A program made the position numbers and the translations under genes. From NCBI RefSeq assembly GCF_052425735.1, contig NC_135765.1, positions 32,116,001 through 32,180,000 on the forward strand: a stretch of 64,000 nt of DNA, read 5' to 3'. The notes beneath the pieces are model-generated. The model saw only the letters and a program-made list of their open reading frames with translations, searched no databases and was not told the origin of the DNA. Shown here piece after piece: positions 13,395-24,683 of this stretch. The DNA comes from Oculina patagonica (taxonomy: Eukaryota). Numbering within the stretch: the first letter of the stretch is position 1; the number at the start of each line of letters is the position of its first letter.

Positions 13395-13648
13395 CCTTTT
13401 GTGGCCTAGTGGTAGGGCGCTGAACTTGAAATACGGAGGTCCCGGGTTCAAATCCACCTCCCCGCCATTAGATGAATTTGTGTTTGGTGGTCCCAAATTC
13501 AAATTCTCCACGCTTTGTAAATAACCAGCTGGTCAGCCTCCTGCCAGCTGGGACTTTTAACATGTTTATGTTCGATTTATAATATTTGTTTATTTATTTA
13601 CAGTGTCCCCAATTAACACAGCCGTGCTAGATACACTGACACTGACAC

Positions 13649-13688
<40 letters not shown>

Positions 13689-13690
13689 TG
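13395..13690 (+). mobile_element. tRNA-derived SINE with (TTTA)n tail
   Basis: gtggcctagtggtagg..cgggttcaaatcc head and simple-repeat tail; a related copy at ~31050-31330. Confidence 0.6.
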
Positions 13691-16200
13691 CCTACGAGTT
13701 TAAGGTGTGTTGTTACAGTTCGTATTGTACGTTTCAGTCGACTGAGGTGATTAGTTTGTCTTCTTCGTAGCTTTAACCTTCACTGCCACGCATTCGCTTC
13801 GCGATGACCAAAATGATTACGACTTTGAAGGAAGCTAGTTAGTAGATTCATCAACGTTTTGACTCAGAATGCGCAAAGAACTGTAGTTTTCACGGGAGCC
13901 CTCTTGAATTTTAAATCCGACATGTTTTATAAGTTCTATGTGAGACTAGCCGGATAGGCTGTCTCGTGCCGGTCCCTCTACTGCACAGAGGCTTCCAGGA
14001 TAAATCTAATATGCGTTTTAAGAATCTCGAGGCCTTTTCTAAAGGACGTGTTGTTACTAGTTTAATAGACTGTAGCTTCTAAGCACGGTCAGTTTGCGTC
14101 GACGATTGATAAAAAAAGCTACAGACGATTGATAATAAAAAGCTGCTTCTCGGATAAGGACGATAAACCGTAGGCCTCGTCTCCTGCATCTTCAGTGTTA
14201 TGGTCAGCAGGGGACGTAAAAGAACTCACAAGCTTATCGTAAAGAGTAGGGCATGGAGCTCCCGGTGTTGTGGTCTGGTCTTTGCCCGTTGTATTGTGCT
14301 TACTGTGAATGCTCGGAGATTAGCTGTATAAGCTACTCTACAAATCCGAGGGTAAAGAAAAATGATGATGATAATGATGATGATAATGATGCACAAGAAA
14401 GCTTAAACAGGTTCTTAACGTTCTACTTTAACCCTGGGTTCTGAAAAAGAAAGTTCTACTTTGCGAGACTCAATTACAAAGCAGTAATTAATTCCTAGCA
14501 AACATATAAACAATCGTATTAACACGACAATAAAATCAACACAATTCAATCATCATAAACTTTCGTATAGTACAAGAATTGCATTTTCCCAGAGCCGCTC
14601 CTTAGCCATCGGGGCCTGTACAAGAGGTTTAAAGTTTCTTGTGCCAAAAGCTTTCTGGTTGAAAAAACTGTTAATCATTTCTGGAGATGCGGATGAGGAG
14701 GCCACTGGGCGATACTTGTGGGGCGCTCTTGCGGCCTTTTCTTATTGGACAAAAACATTATTGAGTATAGACAAAGTGTATATTTTCATAGCAATCTAAA
14801 CAATTAAAATGATTGTTCAATGTTTCCACTTTTCTTCAACGGCAAATTGTCTTTGCCTCTTGGCTCTTGGCGTGTGCTTGGGTTTTCTTCTTTTGATGAT
14901 TTTGTTTCCTCAGGGCAGTACAGTGGAGCTACAATAAGTGACACAAGTGTTGACAATGTCATTTTTACCCCTTTAATTGCAATGCAATATTTTTCGTCCC
15001 CTTACCCCTACTTCTTCCCAGCCCCTCCCCCCACATCAATGTTGAGTTGCTACAATCAAACAACATTGGATGGAGGGAAGGGGGCATTTTGTTAAAGTGA
15101 AGATAAATATAAAAACTTGTGTTTTAAATACCATGAAATGTGTCAACTACTTTTTTCCAAGATTGTAGTCTCGTCATCAACAGGTTGTTCATCGAAACGG
15201 CCCACTGAAAGAATCTGCACATTTTTTATTACTCTTTTTGCAAATATTCAACTCTTAATGGAAGCAATGAGCAATTTGATAAAAACTGATGAGCTTTGGC
15301 AAATTGTAAAATCAGTCAACTGAGAATTAATTTTATGAATTTCTACCCAAATCGTCGGCAATTTATTAAAGTAAATTGTATTGTTTTGATAAAATATTAG
15401 AATGTATGAATGAACCGCTTGCAGAAATCTTAATGAACGATTTGAGTAAACAAAAAATGAAGAAATACATTATATAATATGGTTGAATATTTTTACAGAA
15501 CTTGATTTACCCAAAGTAACTAAAAATTTACGAAAAAAAAGCGGACTCAAACACTCGTTTATTTCACCACTGTTCACAAATGATTGTACCTGCATCATCA
15601 GGGGTTCTATCTTGGGTATTTGAGGGGAAAAAGTTCCCTCCCAAAAGTATTGCTATCATTAAATTACAGTATATAAGTAACTATATCGGGTCAGAACGTG
15701 ATCACGCCTAAAAAAAATAAAAATAAAATACCACTGTAACATTTCTAAAAATTGTGTCTTAAAATGCACCAGATTGCATCTCAGCGCATATTCATTTCAA
15801 AACATTTGCACCCCCTAGGAAGCTCCTGGCCTTTGGCCATTCAGGACTTCTTCCCCAAACGATAAATCCTAGATATAACCCTGATCATTTGATCACATAC
15901 ATTGCTCGAATGAACTGATAACTTGAGTTTACATCTTTTAATTCATCAGTCACTAAACATTGGTGAGATCCAATTTTTTCAGCAATCCATTATTTTTTTT
16001 ATTCATGCAAGTCTTTATCACACATTCTACTATATATATTTTAACTAAAAAAATTAAGGCTTCACTACACTGCTATTGTTTTTGAAACCTGTTTGTTTAT
16101 TTTACAACCCGAAGCGATGAATAAAGAACATTGTCAGTTCTTTGTGATGAAATAAATTACCACTTTTCTGTTACCAAAAATAGAATTAGATTCCCACGCG

Positions 16201-16729
16201 TAGGCTTTTATAGATTGTGCTAGCATAATTTTTGGCATAATTGGAGCTAAAAAGCATAATTTGTGAAACGAGCACTGCCACGGCATAATTAGCAATTTTT
16301 AGCACGTTTTGGAGCATAAATTCATAAAATGTAGTAGATATGGTGTACTTTCTACAGAAATAAATGAAATTTAGGTAGTTTGTTCTTGCAATGCGTGTTT
16401 TAGCTATACAATTGTGATTGTTAAGTCGTTGGAGGCATTTTACAAACGGTTTAGAGATGCGAGCAGCTAATTTGGACAGCTGACGGCCGTGATAAACTGC
16501 CATAAACACAAATAAATTTACAACAACAGTTTATTTAAAAAACATCCTAATTTGGTGTCGTTATTGCGCACCTCTATGTATAGAATCTACGTCATTTTGT
16601 GAGCATAATTTCGGAAATCAGAAGCATAATTTGGGAATTCTGGCATAATTTTTGCATAATTTGGCAAAATTTTGAGCACTGCTAGTAGCATAATATGCCA
16701 CTTTTAGGAGCACAATCTATAAAAGCCTA
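16201..16729. mobile_element. hAT-type MITE
   Basis: TIR taggcttttatagattgtgc / gcacaatctataaaagccta; 8-bp TSD cccacgcg; internal gcataat repeats. Confidence 0.85.
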
Positions 16730-16740
16730 CCCACGCGTAG

Positions 16741-16915
16741 AAATAAAAATACACTATTCTACAAAAACAACAATTACATCAATGAATATTATAAGAAGTG
16801 AAGAACATGACGTTGCAACTTATGAAGTAAATAAGATTTCACTGAGCTGTTATGATGATAAAAGATATTTAAAAACGATGGAATTTACACATTAGCCTAT
16901 CGGTTACGAAGAGTG
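16741..16915 (+). mobile_element. Polinton/adintovirus-type DNA polymerase B C-terminal remnant
   Basis: IRSEEHDVATYEVNKISLSCYDDKRYL, then a frameshift to DGIYTLAY; recalls the protein-primed PolB C-terminal motif. Confidence 0.6.
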
Positions 16916-17501
16916 AGTTTTTGAAGAGTGATTATAAATTTATTTCGATGATTTTGTAACTATTATTAAAAATTTGTTTTATGACTTTAAACTTTTATTT
17001 TATGGCACTTACCACTCTGATGAGTGAGAACGTTGATTAACGTACGTTTTAGAGGTCAAATGACCGAGTTAAAAAAACACGATCGAAATCAATTGAATTC
17101 AGTTCAGAGAAGGTCTGTTAAGTCCAAGATACAGGAATTTACAGTCTCAAAATAAATGATATCATCACATTTATTAAAAGCTAGCAATGGTATATGGCAA
17201 TTTCTGCGTTTTGATTGGTTAACAGGCAATGGTATATAATAACATTCACCACAAATTGGTAGCCGATACGCGTCAACGAAAACAGCTGGGGAGCTCAAAT
17301 ATTCCAATTCCTTTGGGCTTTTTTTAACTCGCGCTTGTTGAATATCCAACGCGCGCTCGTGGAATAATTGTTTTAAAAGTATTCAACTGTCAGAACTCTA
17401 CGTGAATAAAGGTCAAAAGTTATTAAAATCTATAGTAAGAATCATTTGTCTTCGTCAAAAAATTCGCTGAGATCGATCGAGTCGTTCGACTCGTCGGATT
17501 C

Positions 17502-18080
17502 CTATGTTTCTTCCAGCTCTTCGTACTTGAAGGCCATGTAGATAACGTACCCAGCAGACAATCCGTTTTGCAAATTTCCTGGATACAACGATGTGTTTGC
17601 CAACCGTTGATCACACTCCTCATAGGCGAAGTGAGATATTAGGGTATTTTCCAGAGCAAGGACGTACAGCTGTTGGTCCCAAACGTGTTTGTTGCAATCA
17701 TCTTTGAGCATACCACGGGTCACAGCACCTAAAACAACCAAACCATCATATCCTCTGTCTTTGTATTCTTCGTTCCAGCGTTTGCTTATACCGCCTAGCC
17801 TCCATGTATCTACATTGGTCGGGTTGAATATTTTACGCGTTCTTTCTACCGCGTACGTTTTCCCGATACAGAAAAGTTCGATTGCTCTTTCGGATTGCAA
17901 TTCCAAGGAATCTATTGTATCTTTTATTTTAGTGATCAGTGCATCTATTCGTTCCCGCGTTGTTTTGTTACGGAGATCAACCACGTTAAAAGAATAGTTC
18001 TTAACTATCCCCTTGCATAGTTCGTCAAAACTTGTACCACCTTGCGATGAACCTGTCGAGACAGACGCTGATTCAGCCAT
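17502..18080 (-). CDS. Intronless 192-aa uncharacterised protein, possible GIY-YIG-like nuclease fold
   Basis: Long uninterrupted ORF with normal composition in AT-rich DNA; motifs FCIGKT, RWNEEY, LALENTLI, RLAN and C-terminal YVIYMAF. Confidence 0.72.
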   Translation of the reverse strand: MAESASVSTGSSQGGTSFDELCKGIVKNYSFNVVDLRNKTTRERIDALITKIKDTIDSLELQSERAIELFCIGKTYAVERTRKIFNPTNVDTWRLGGISKRWNEEYKDRGYDGLVVLGAVTRGMLKDDCNKHVWDQQLYVLALENTLISHFAYEECDQRLANTSLYPGNLQNGLSAGYVIYMAFKYEELEET

Positions 18081-20347
18081 AGTAAATTGACGCTACCTTC
18101 AGAAAGAGACGGAACAGATCAGTGTTGCGATGTTCGTTCGTCCACCTTGCTCAATGCGAAAATGAAATAAAATACTTCTGAAAAGGGAAGTTAATTTGTT
18201 CCATTGGCGTCCATTGTCTCTGGGCTGTTGATGTCGTAGAACAGAGTTTGCGTATCGAAACTTTTCTAGCAATGAACCGACAGCGCTTACATGCACATTT
18301 ATAACGGTCACGCGAAGTTAATCTTGCAACACTCTCAAATTTCAATTAAACTTCTAGAAATTGACGTAGGTATGCAATCTATTGTTTCCCACGTGAATAG
18401 TATATATTTTTGAATGTTTGTTATTAATTCACCATGGATATGTGAAATGACCGTATCTTGTCAAACAGTTCTCGTTTATATTATCTGAACAGAAAAAAGC
18501 ATTGACGCTAATCCAGCCGTGACAACTGTCAACACCATTTGAATGGTATGCGTGAGTCATGTGCTGTTCTTCACAAATAAAAAATGGATTCATTTTGGGG
18601 CCATTCATAAAGACCCTGAAAGAAAGCAAAAATATCTTAAACGTGCCATGATTATACGTGATGAATAGGTTTTTTGACAGCTAATAAATATAAATAGTTC
18701 AAACTTTTGGGTTGTTAATCCTTTATGGTAATAACATTCAGTCTGAGCACTAAAGGAGCTTATCAGAAGTTCATAAGCTTCTGATATCACGCATTGTACA
18801 TGATGATATGATAACAAGAACTGTTCACTTGTATACGTAGAAGGGGGTCGTAGAACAATGGAATACATACCTAATCACCATAACAAACGACCATGTTGAA
18901 AATAGACTTTGTGTTTACCTCAAGAGCTTGAAATTATTAGGTATGTGTTGGCGTCACACACTTTCTCGAGGGTCTATTAAAGGGGGGTCGTACATTCAGC
19001 AAACCGCCATATTTTGTTCTTCCTAGACCGCAAACTGCTTTGGCTTTGATTAATAAACGGCATGCAATACATGCTGAAGCGATGACGTTTCACAAGGGGT
19101 TAAAAATACATTTTCTTCGTAGATTTGCTCAATTGTACAACTGCAGTAATATTTTATATTTTATTTTTTTCTTGATTTCCCTATGTTGTCTCGACAAAGA
19201 TTACGTTATATTATAGCGTGACTTGCGACAAACGACATACGATACGCGGGAGCTAGCTTTTAAGCTGCGAGAAAGGTCAAACGGTCTCTCAGTCTAAGAA
19301 CTAGAAATCTCTGTCTACTAAATCTAATAGATTCCATCACATAAAATTTAGTCTCTTTCGTTTATACATTGTAGGGTCCCATTCTTACTGCACGGGAGTA
19401 TCTTGCTTTTGTGTTCTACGCGGCGATTTCTTGTTATTAAGTTAAACTTGATTTCTGTTCGATTGAGCTAAACGGATCCGGTCGATCGGGTGCCTGCATT
19501 AAAGCGATGACGTCATCAGTTGCACGTCATCGCTTAAAAATATAACACAAACAGCGGTGATAAACATTATGAAAAATCGCATTTTTATAAACTTGACGTT
19601 TCGTATGGTAAGCTACATACATTTTCAAAAGTATGACCGTTACAATTTTTGGCAACTATTTATATATTGTTATGAAAGGGGTCTGGAACCAAGACCGAGA
19701 CAATTGATCTACAGCAGTAACTTAACTTATCGTTTAGTTTTGCAGACTGGGCCAAATCGTACAAACATAACAATGAATTAATGTGCTCTTTTGATGTTAG
19801 TTCTCTTTTTACAAATGTGCCACTTGATGAAACAATACATATTTGTTTAGAAAAATTGTATTCTCTTCCTGATCCACCGACATTGCCCCGTCCTGTTCTG
19901 CAGAAATTGTTGGAGTTCGCCACTTAGAAGAGCCATTTCCTCTTTGATGGCCAGTATTACGACCAAATTGATGGTGTAGCCATGGGTTCGCCTTTGGGCC
20001 CAGTTTTGGCTAACATCTTCATGTGCCACTTTGAGGAAAAGTGGGTTTTGAACGCCAGAGTTCGTCCTTCTTCTTGGTATAGATATGTGGATGACACCTT
20101 CACCTTGTTTGACAGCAAAGACACTGCTAATGAGTTTTTGCGGTATCTAAACAGTAGGCACAACAGTATCAAGTTCACTTTTGAATTTGAACAAGACAAT
20201 GATATTACTTTTTTAAACATTCTTGTCAAACGTTGCCCCGACAACACTTTCATGACCTCTATCTACCGGAAGAAGACTTTCACCGGCCTCTACACCAAGT
20301 GGGATTCATTTACACCATGAAAATACAAAATTAATCTTATCCGCACA

Positions 20348-20655
20348 CCCGGGGGGGACTCCCATATGAAAGTGACGGGGATGCTCGTCGTCTCGCTTAG
20401 GGGTATAAATTTCGGACGTTGGGTCTCGCTTAGGGTGTTCTGGGGAAAATGGCAATATTTTTAGCTGTCAGGGTCTCGTTTAGGGTCGCACACGAAGAAA
20501 ACAACAAATATGAGTTCTTTTTTCCGAATTTTGGTATCTTATAGGGGTTTAAAATAGCTTTAGCCACGCCCAGATTGGTCTCTTTTAGGGGTTCTTTTAC
20601 AAATTTCCGACGAGCATCCCCGTCCCTTTAATATGGGAGTCCCCCCCCCCCGGGG
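20348..20655. mobile_element. hAT-type MITE nested in the Penelope RT
   Basis: TIRs cccgggggggactcccat/atgggagtcccc..ccgggg; 8-bp TSD tccgcaca at 20340-20347 and 20656-20663. Confidence 0.85.
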
Positions 20656-21430
20656 TCCGCACACTTACCTATCGTTGTTTCCGAATCTGTTCCTCTGCCT
20701 CATTATTACAATCCGCTCAGTATTAAAGATCTCAGGAAGCTCTTGCTGCAAAATGGTTACCCCCAAGGCATTATCACGTACAACGTTAACGATGTTTTGA
20801 ACAGACACAAAAACAAGCCAGACACCCCTGTTGCGACAGTTCCTAAAAAAGATATCATAATCCTGTTACCCTACTTAGGTCTTCCGAGCATCCAAATCAC
20901 TAAACGCCTTAAATCCTGTGTATCCAACTTCTACTCTTTTGTCAACCTTAAGATCATTTTTCAGAACACACGCCGCATCAAATCCTTCTTTCCGTACAAA
21001 GACCGCCTCAACCGTTCTCAACGATCTAAGGTCATCTACAAAGCTAGCTGCTGGGACTGTGACGATGTTTACATTGGGAAAACAAAACGACGATTACATG
21101 ACAGAAAAACTGAACACTTTAAGGCCCTCACTAAATGCGACCATCCATCAGCTATTGCTGATCACATAAAAGCCACAGGCCATAACATCAAATGGGATCA
21201 TTTTGAAATCCTTGCGTCAGGCAAAACTGACCTCCACTGCAAGATTAAAGAGACCTTATACATTCATGAACTACAACCTTCTTTAAATGCCAATGTCGGC
21301 AGTGAGAGGTTGTTACTTTATTAACCTAATGTAAATATTAAGTTACTGCTATAGGTCAATTGTCTCAGTCTCGGTTCCAGATCCCTTTCATAACAATATA
21401 TAAATAGTTGCCGAAAATTTTAACGGTCAT

Positions 21431-21472
21431 ACTTTTGAAAATGTATGTAGCTTAGCATACGAAACGTCAAGT
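21431..21472 (+). ncRNA. Minimal type-I hammerhead ribozyme variant (U3:A8) in the Penelope pseudo-LTR
   Basis: actt-TTGAAAA-t-gtatg(tagcttag)catac-GAAAC-GTC-aagt: stems I and II, a GAAAC core and a GUC cleavage triplet. Confidence 0.55.
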
Positions 21473-21547
21473 TTATAAAAATGCGATTTTTCATAATGTT
21501 TATCTTTCATAACACCTTTGGTGATGTGAGCTCCCTGGGTAAAGAAC

Positions 21548-21955
21548 ATTATTATTATTATTATTATTATTCAATCAATCTTTCAATCTTTATTTCGCTC
21601 TACAATTAAGCCAACATGTCGTTGATACATTTATTATTATTAAATATGATGGAGTAGAGCAGGAACTCTCGACAAACCCTTGTGGGCTTAACAAGGAGAG
21701 CCCTTTATATGTTTAAGGGTATAAAACAATAAATATATAATCAACATGTAAACGGCTTGTAAAACTATTATACTTATATACCTACAAAGGCTATATAGAT
21801 AAATTAAGGTAGTAAATCAAGATAATATTTTCTAATTTTTTTCTTAAAAATAACAAATGACTGTGATTTAGCGTTTTTGATTAATATAGGAAGGTTGTTC
21901 CAAATTTCACACCCTTTAAATTTAATAGAATATTTCTTATAGTTTATCACCGCTG
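21548..21955 (-). mobile_element. LINE (CR1/L2-like) 3' fragment
   Basis: Reverse strand encodes YKKYSIKFKGCEIWNNLP..IK; 3' stem-loop and (AAT)n tail. Confidence 0.55.
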
Positions 21956-23404
21956 TTTGTGTTATATTTTTAATCACGTTACGATGGCCAAAAACTAAGA
22001 GTCTATATGATCCTGCTTTGGCTTTCTCTTAAGAACCTCTTTCTTTGTACTTACTTACTTACTTAGGCCCATCGCTCAAGGTGGGGATTTTCTCTGTACT
22101 GGTATGAAAAGTGATGCTCTTGTGGAATAAAACCAGAAGTGGTATGAACAATATGAAGTATGATATTGGTGGAGACATGCTATTCGACAACACCGACCTA
22201 ATCTCAGGGCAATCAGCGAGACACGCCTCACCTCAAAAACGAATAGAATCAGTGGCGAAGTTTCTTCACTGAAAATATCTTAAGCAAAGATTCAATTCCT
22301 AAAGAAGACCTTGGAAGAACATGGAACATTAAGAAATCTGAGCGAGAAAAGTGGTTGAAACAGTAGAACAAAGCGAAAGAATATCTGGCATATTGGGTTT
22401 CAAAAACGTCGTTTCTTGAATACCATCTTAACATAAAAGCAGAATAACTTGAAAGAATGCGTGGTCGGATGTTTTCTAATTGCCTAAAAGAAAATTGACG
22501 TGATGCTTACCAGTTTTGGTCCAGGAGTATCTTAGAAGAGCAAGAACAATACACGTATTCATTTAGTTATATAACATCACTCGTAAAATAGACTGATGCA
22601 TTCTCTCTGGATTCCATATTGTCGTATCACTTTTCCCTTTCCTTCAGGAGTGGTAAGCGTCCCTTTCATTAGCTGAGGCTTGATATCAGCTAAAATATGT
22701 TTTTAATCAATTTCTCTGTTGTCTATTATAACATCTTATTAATCTGTAAGCTCATCTTTTTCAATCAGGGGGGGGGCAGAAAGTGGGCACTTTTCTTTGA
22801 AATCATAGCAGTGCCTGGAAACGGTGCGAGTCTATGTCAATCAAGCCGTTGCTAAGAAAGACGTCAACCCTTGTTTTCTCAGAAAGATTTAGATATCAAT
22901 GACTGCGTGCGTGTGAAATGCGAATGATGGCGGTGTTTGCGTTTGATGTTATACGCCGCTGACTTGGTTTTGGCATTTCCAGCCAGATTTCTCACCTGAT
23001 ATTTTGCGTCAATGAGAATTTTTTGGCGGCGTGGAATAACAAAGCGAAAAATTTATCACGGTTGAAATTTAACGAACAAAATATGGAAAATAATTTCAGT
23101 ATCATTGGAGTTATTTTTAATAAGGATAATTCGCAAGCCTTTCTTTTGCCAGACTGGTCACACCGTTATCACTGTTTGTCGTTTTGATGTCCGGCGAACT
23201 TCAAAGGAGCAATTAAAATGCAAATAGCTATTGTGTTTTGTGCACGGTCAAGACCAAAACATGTGAACTATACAATGAACTTTGTCAAGCTATTCACTAC
23301 ACCCTTAGCAACCATTCGATAGCTTCTGCGCAGTTTTGGGTCCCGGCACCGCTATGATTATTTTTTGAGCCGTGTAATAAAGGAAGTTTCTTCCCCCCCC
23401 CCCC

Positions 23405-23480
23405 CTGTTTTCAATCCATGAGTTAAACTCCTTATGATAGCCTTTCCGTTTTACCAGGACCTTATAATCTTTTCTTCTGA
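23405..23480 (-). mobile_element. Chromodomain-like fragment, possibly Polinton-derived
   Basis: KVLVKRKGYHKEFNSWI resembles the chromodomain motif VKWKGY...NSW. Confidence 0.4.
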
Positions 23481-23504
23481 CTGACAACCTTATCATAAAC
23501 AATA

Positions 23505-23535
<31 letters not shown>

Positions 23536-23994
23536 CCTCGAGCAAAAAAAGGCAACCGGCGCAAAAAGCGGGAAAACGCGCGTAAGGCAAATGACGAGTG
23601 GTTTTGATTTCGCTCCTGATTGGTTGAAAATGTAGAATGCTTGCTCTGATGGGTTACCATTGCATAAGAGCGCGTTGCACGAGGCTTTTGAGCCAATTAT
23701 ATTTTATGAAAATCAGCCAATGCAAAAACAACTGAAAGTAAAACATAGCCGGTTGCGTTTGAAAGTCCATTCAAAATTTGCTATGCTTCTAAATAGTTTC
23801 ATGCCTTCCGCTTTCACAGACGACTGGCCAACTAAAACTCGCAACCCAACCAGCAACAGCCCAAATTAACGGACAAGTGAACACACTGATAAGGCGGTCA
23901 CTAGTAAAGTCGCAATGGATCGAGGGAAGGCTGAGCGCCGTCTTTTGTGCCCCATGGGGGCAGATTTGCATAAATATTGCTTTGTGTTTATCTA

Positions 23995-24505
23995 CCGTAA
24001 ATGATCTAATAAACGCCCACTCCCAAATAAACACCTCATATTTAATAAACCCCTCCCCAGAGTGTAAAGTTTGTATTGGACGCCCCCTCTAATAAACGCC
24101 CCGTGGCTAATAGACGCCCCGTCCAAGAACACGTAAGAATCACCTCTAAAACCAAGGAAATGCTCCATATATAGTAAAATCACGCAATATAGTTAGTTTC
24201 TTGCTTGACTCGGACATCGGCGAGCCCAACAACGCCAACATGGTTGTCCTCGATGACGATGAAAACGTCGATATCGAACAATGAACAACATCTCTAGGCT
24301 TTGCATTTGCGCAGATTAGATTAGTCTCCTACTCATCAACTTTTTTTTGTATCTTACTCCGCTAGAAAACTACGCATCCAATTTGTTTTGTTGACGTTGT
24401 TACAGTTTAAGTGCCGCGAAATAAACGCCTAATATCTATTTAACGCCTCCCCTAGGACCCCGAACATTTAATATACGCCCCGGGCGTTAATTAGATCATT
24501 TACGG
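23995..24505. mobile_element. Tc1/mariner-type MITE in the promoter of paralogue 3
   Basis: TIR ccgtaaatgatctaataaacgccc / gggcgttaattagatcatttacgg with TA TSD; the empty site is visible in the paralogue 2 promoter (~4710). Confidence 0.85.
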
Positions 24506-24532
24506 TATGCTTATGTTATAATTATAGCACAA

Positions 24533-24597
24533 TTCCGAGAAACAAAAATTCCCTTCTGAGAATACTACAAAACCTGTCAAACCGGAAATTTCCGGAA
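24533..24597 (+). promoter_or_regulatory. GAS-GAS-kappaB promoter module of paralogue 3
   Basis: TTCCGAGAA 24533-24541, TTCTGAGAA 24554-24562, GGAAATTTCC 24584-24593. Confidence 0.65.
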
Positions 24598-24683
24598 TCC
24601 GTGTCAATCAAGCAGCTGAAGCTGAATCATTTAGACGCCAACTGCATAGAGTTGCTTCAGTTGCGTAACTTTCCTCCGTTTAT

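Larger units (their letters stand above)
19559..21504 (+). mobile_element. 5'-truncated Penelope-like retroelement (RT + GIY-YIG endonuclease), decayed, with inverted pseudo-LTR
   Basis: RT motifs FDVSSLFTNVP, GVAMGSPLGPVLANIFM and YRYVDD; GIY-YIG region VIYKASC..CDDVYIGKTKRRLHDR..EH; 19559-19725 is the reverse complement of 21338-21504. Confidence 0.93.
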
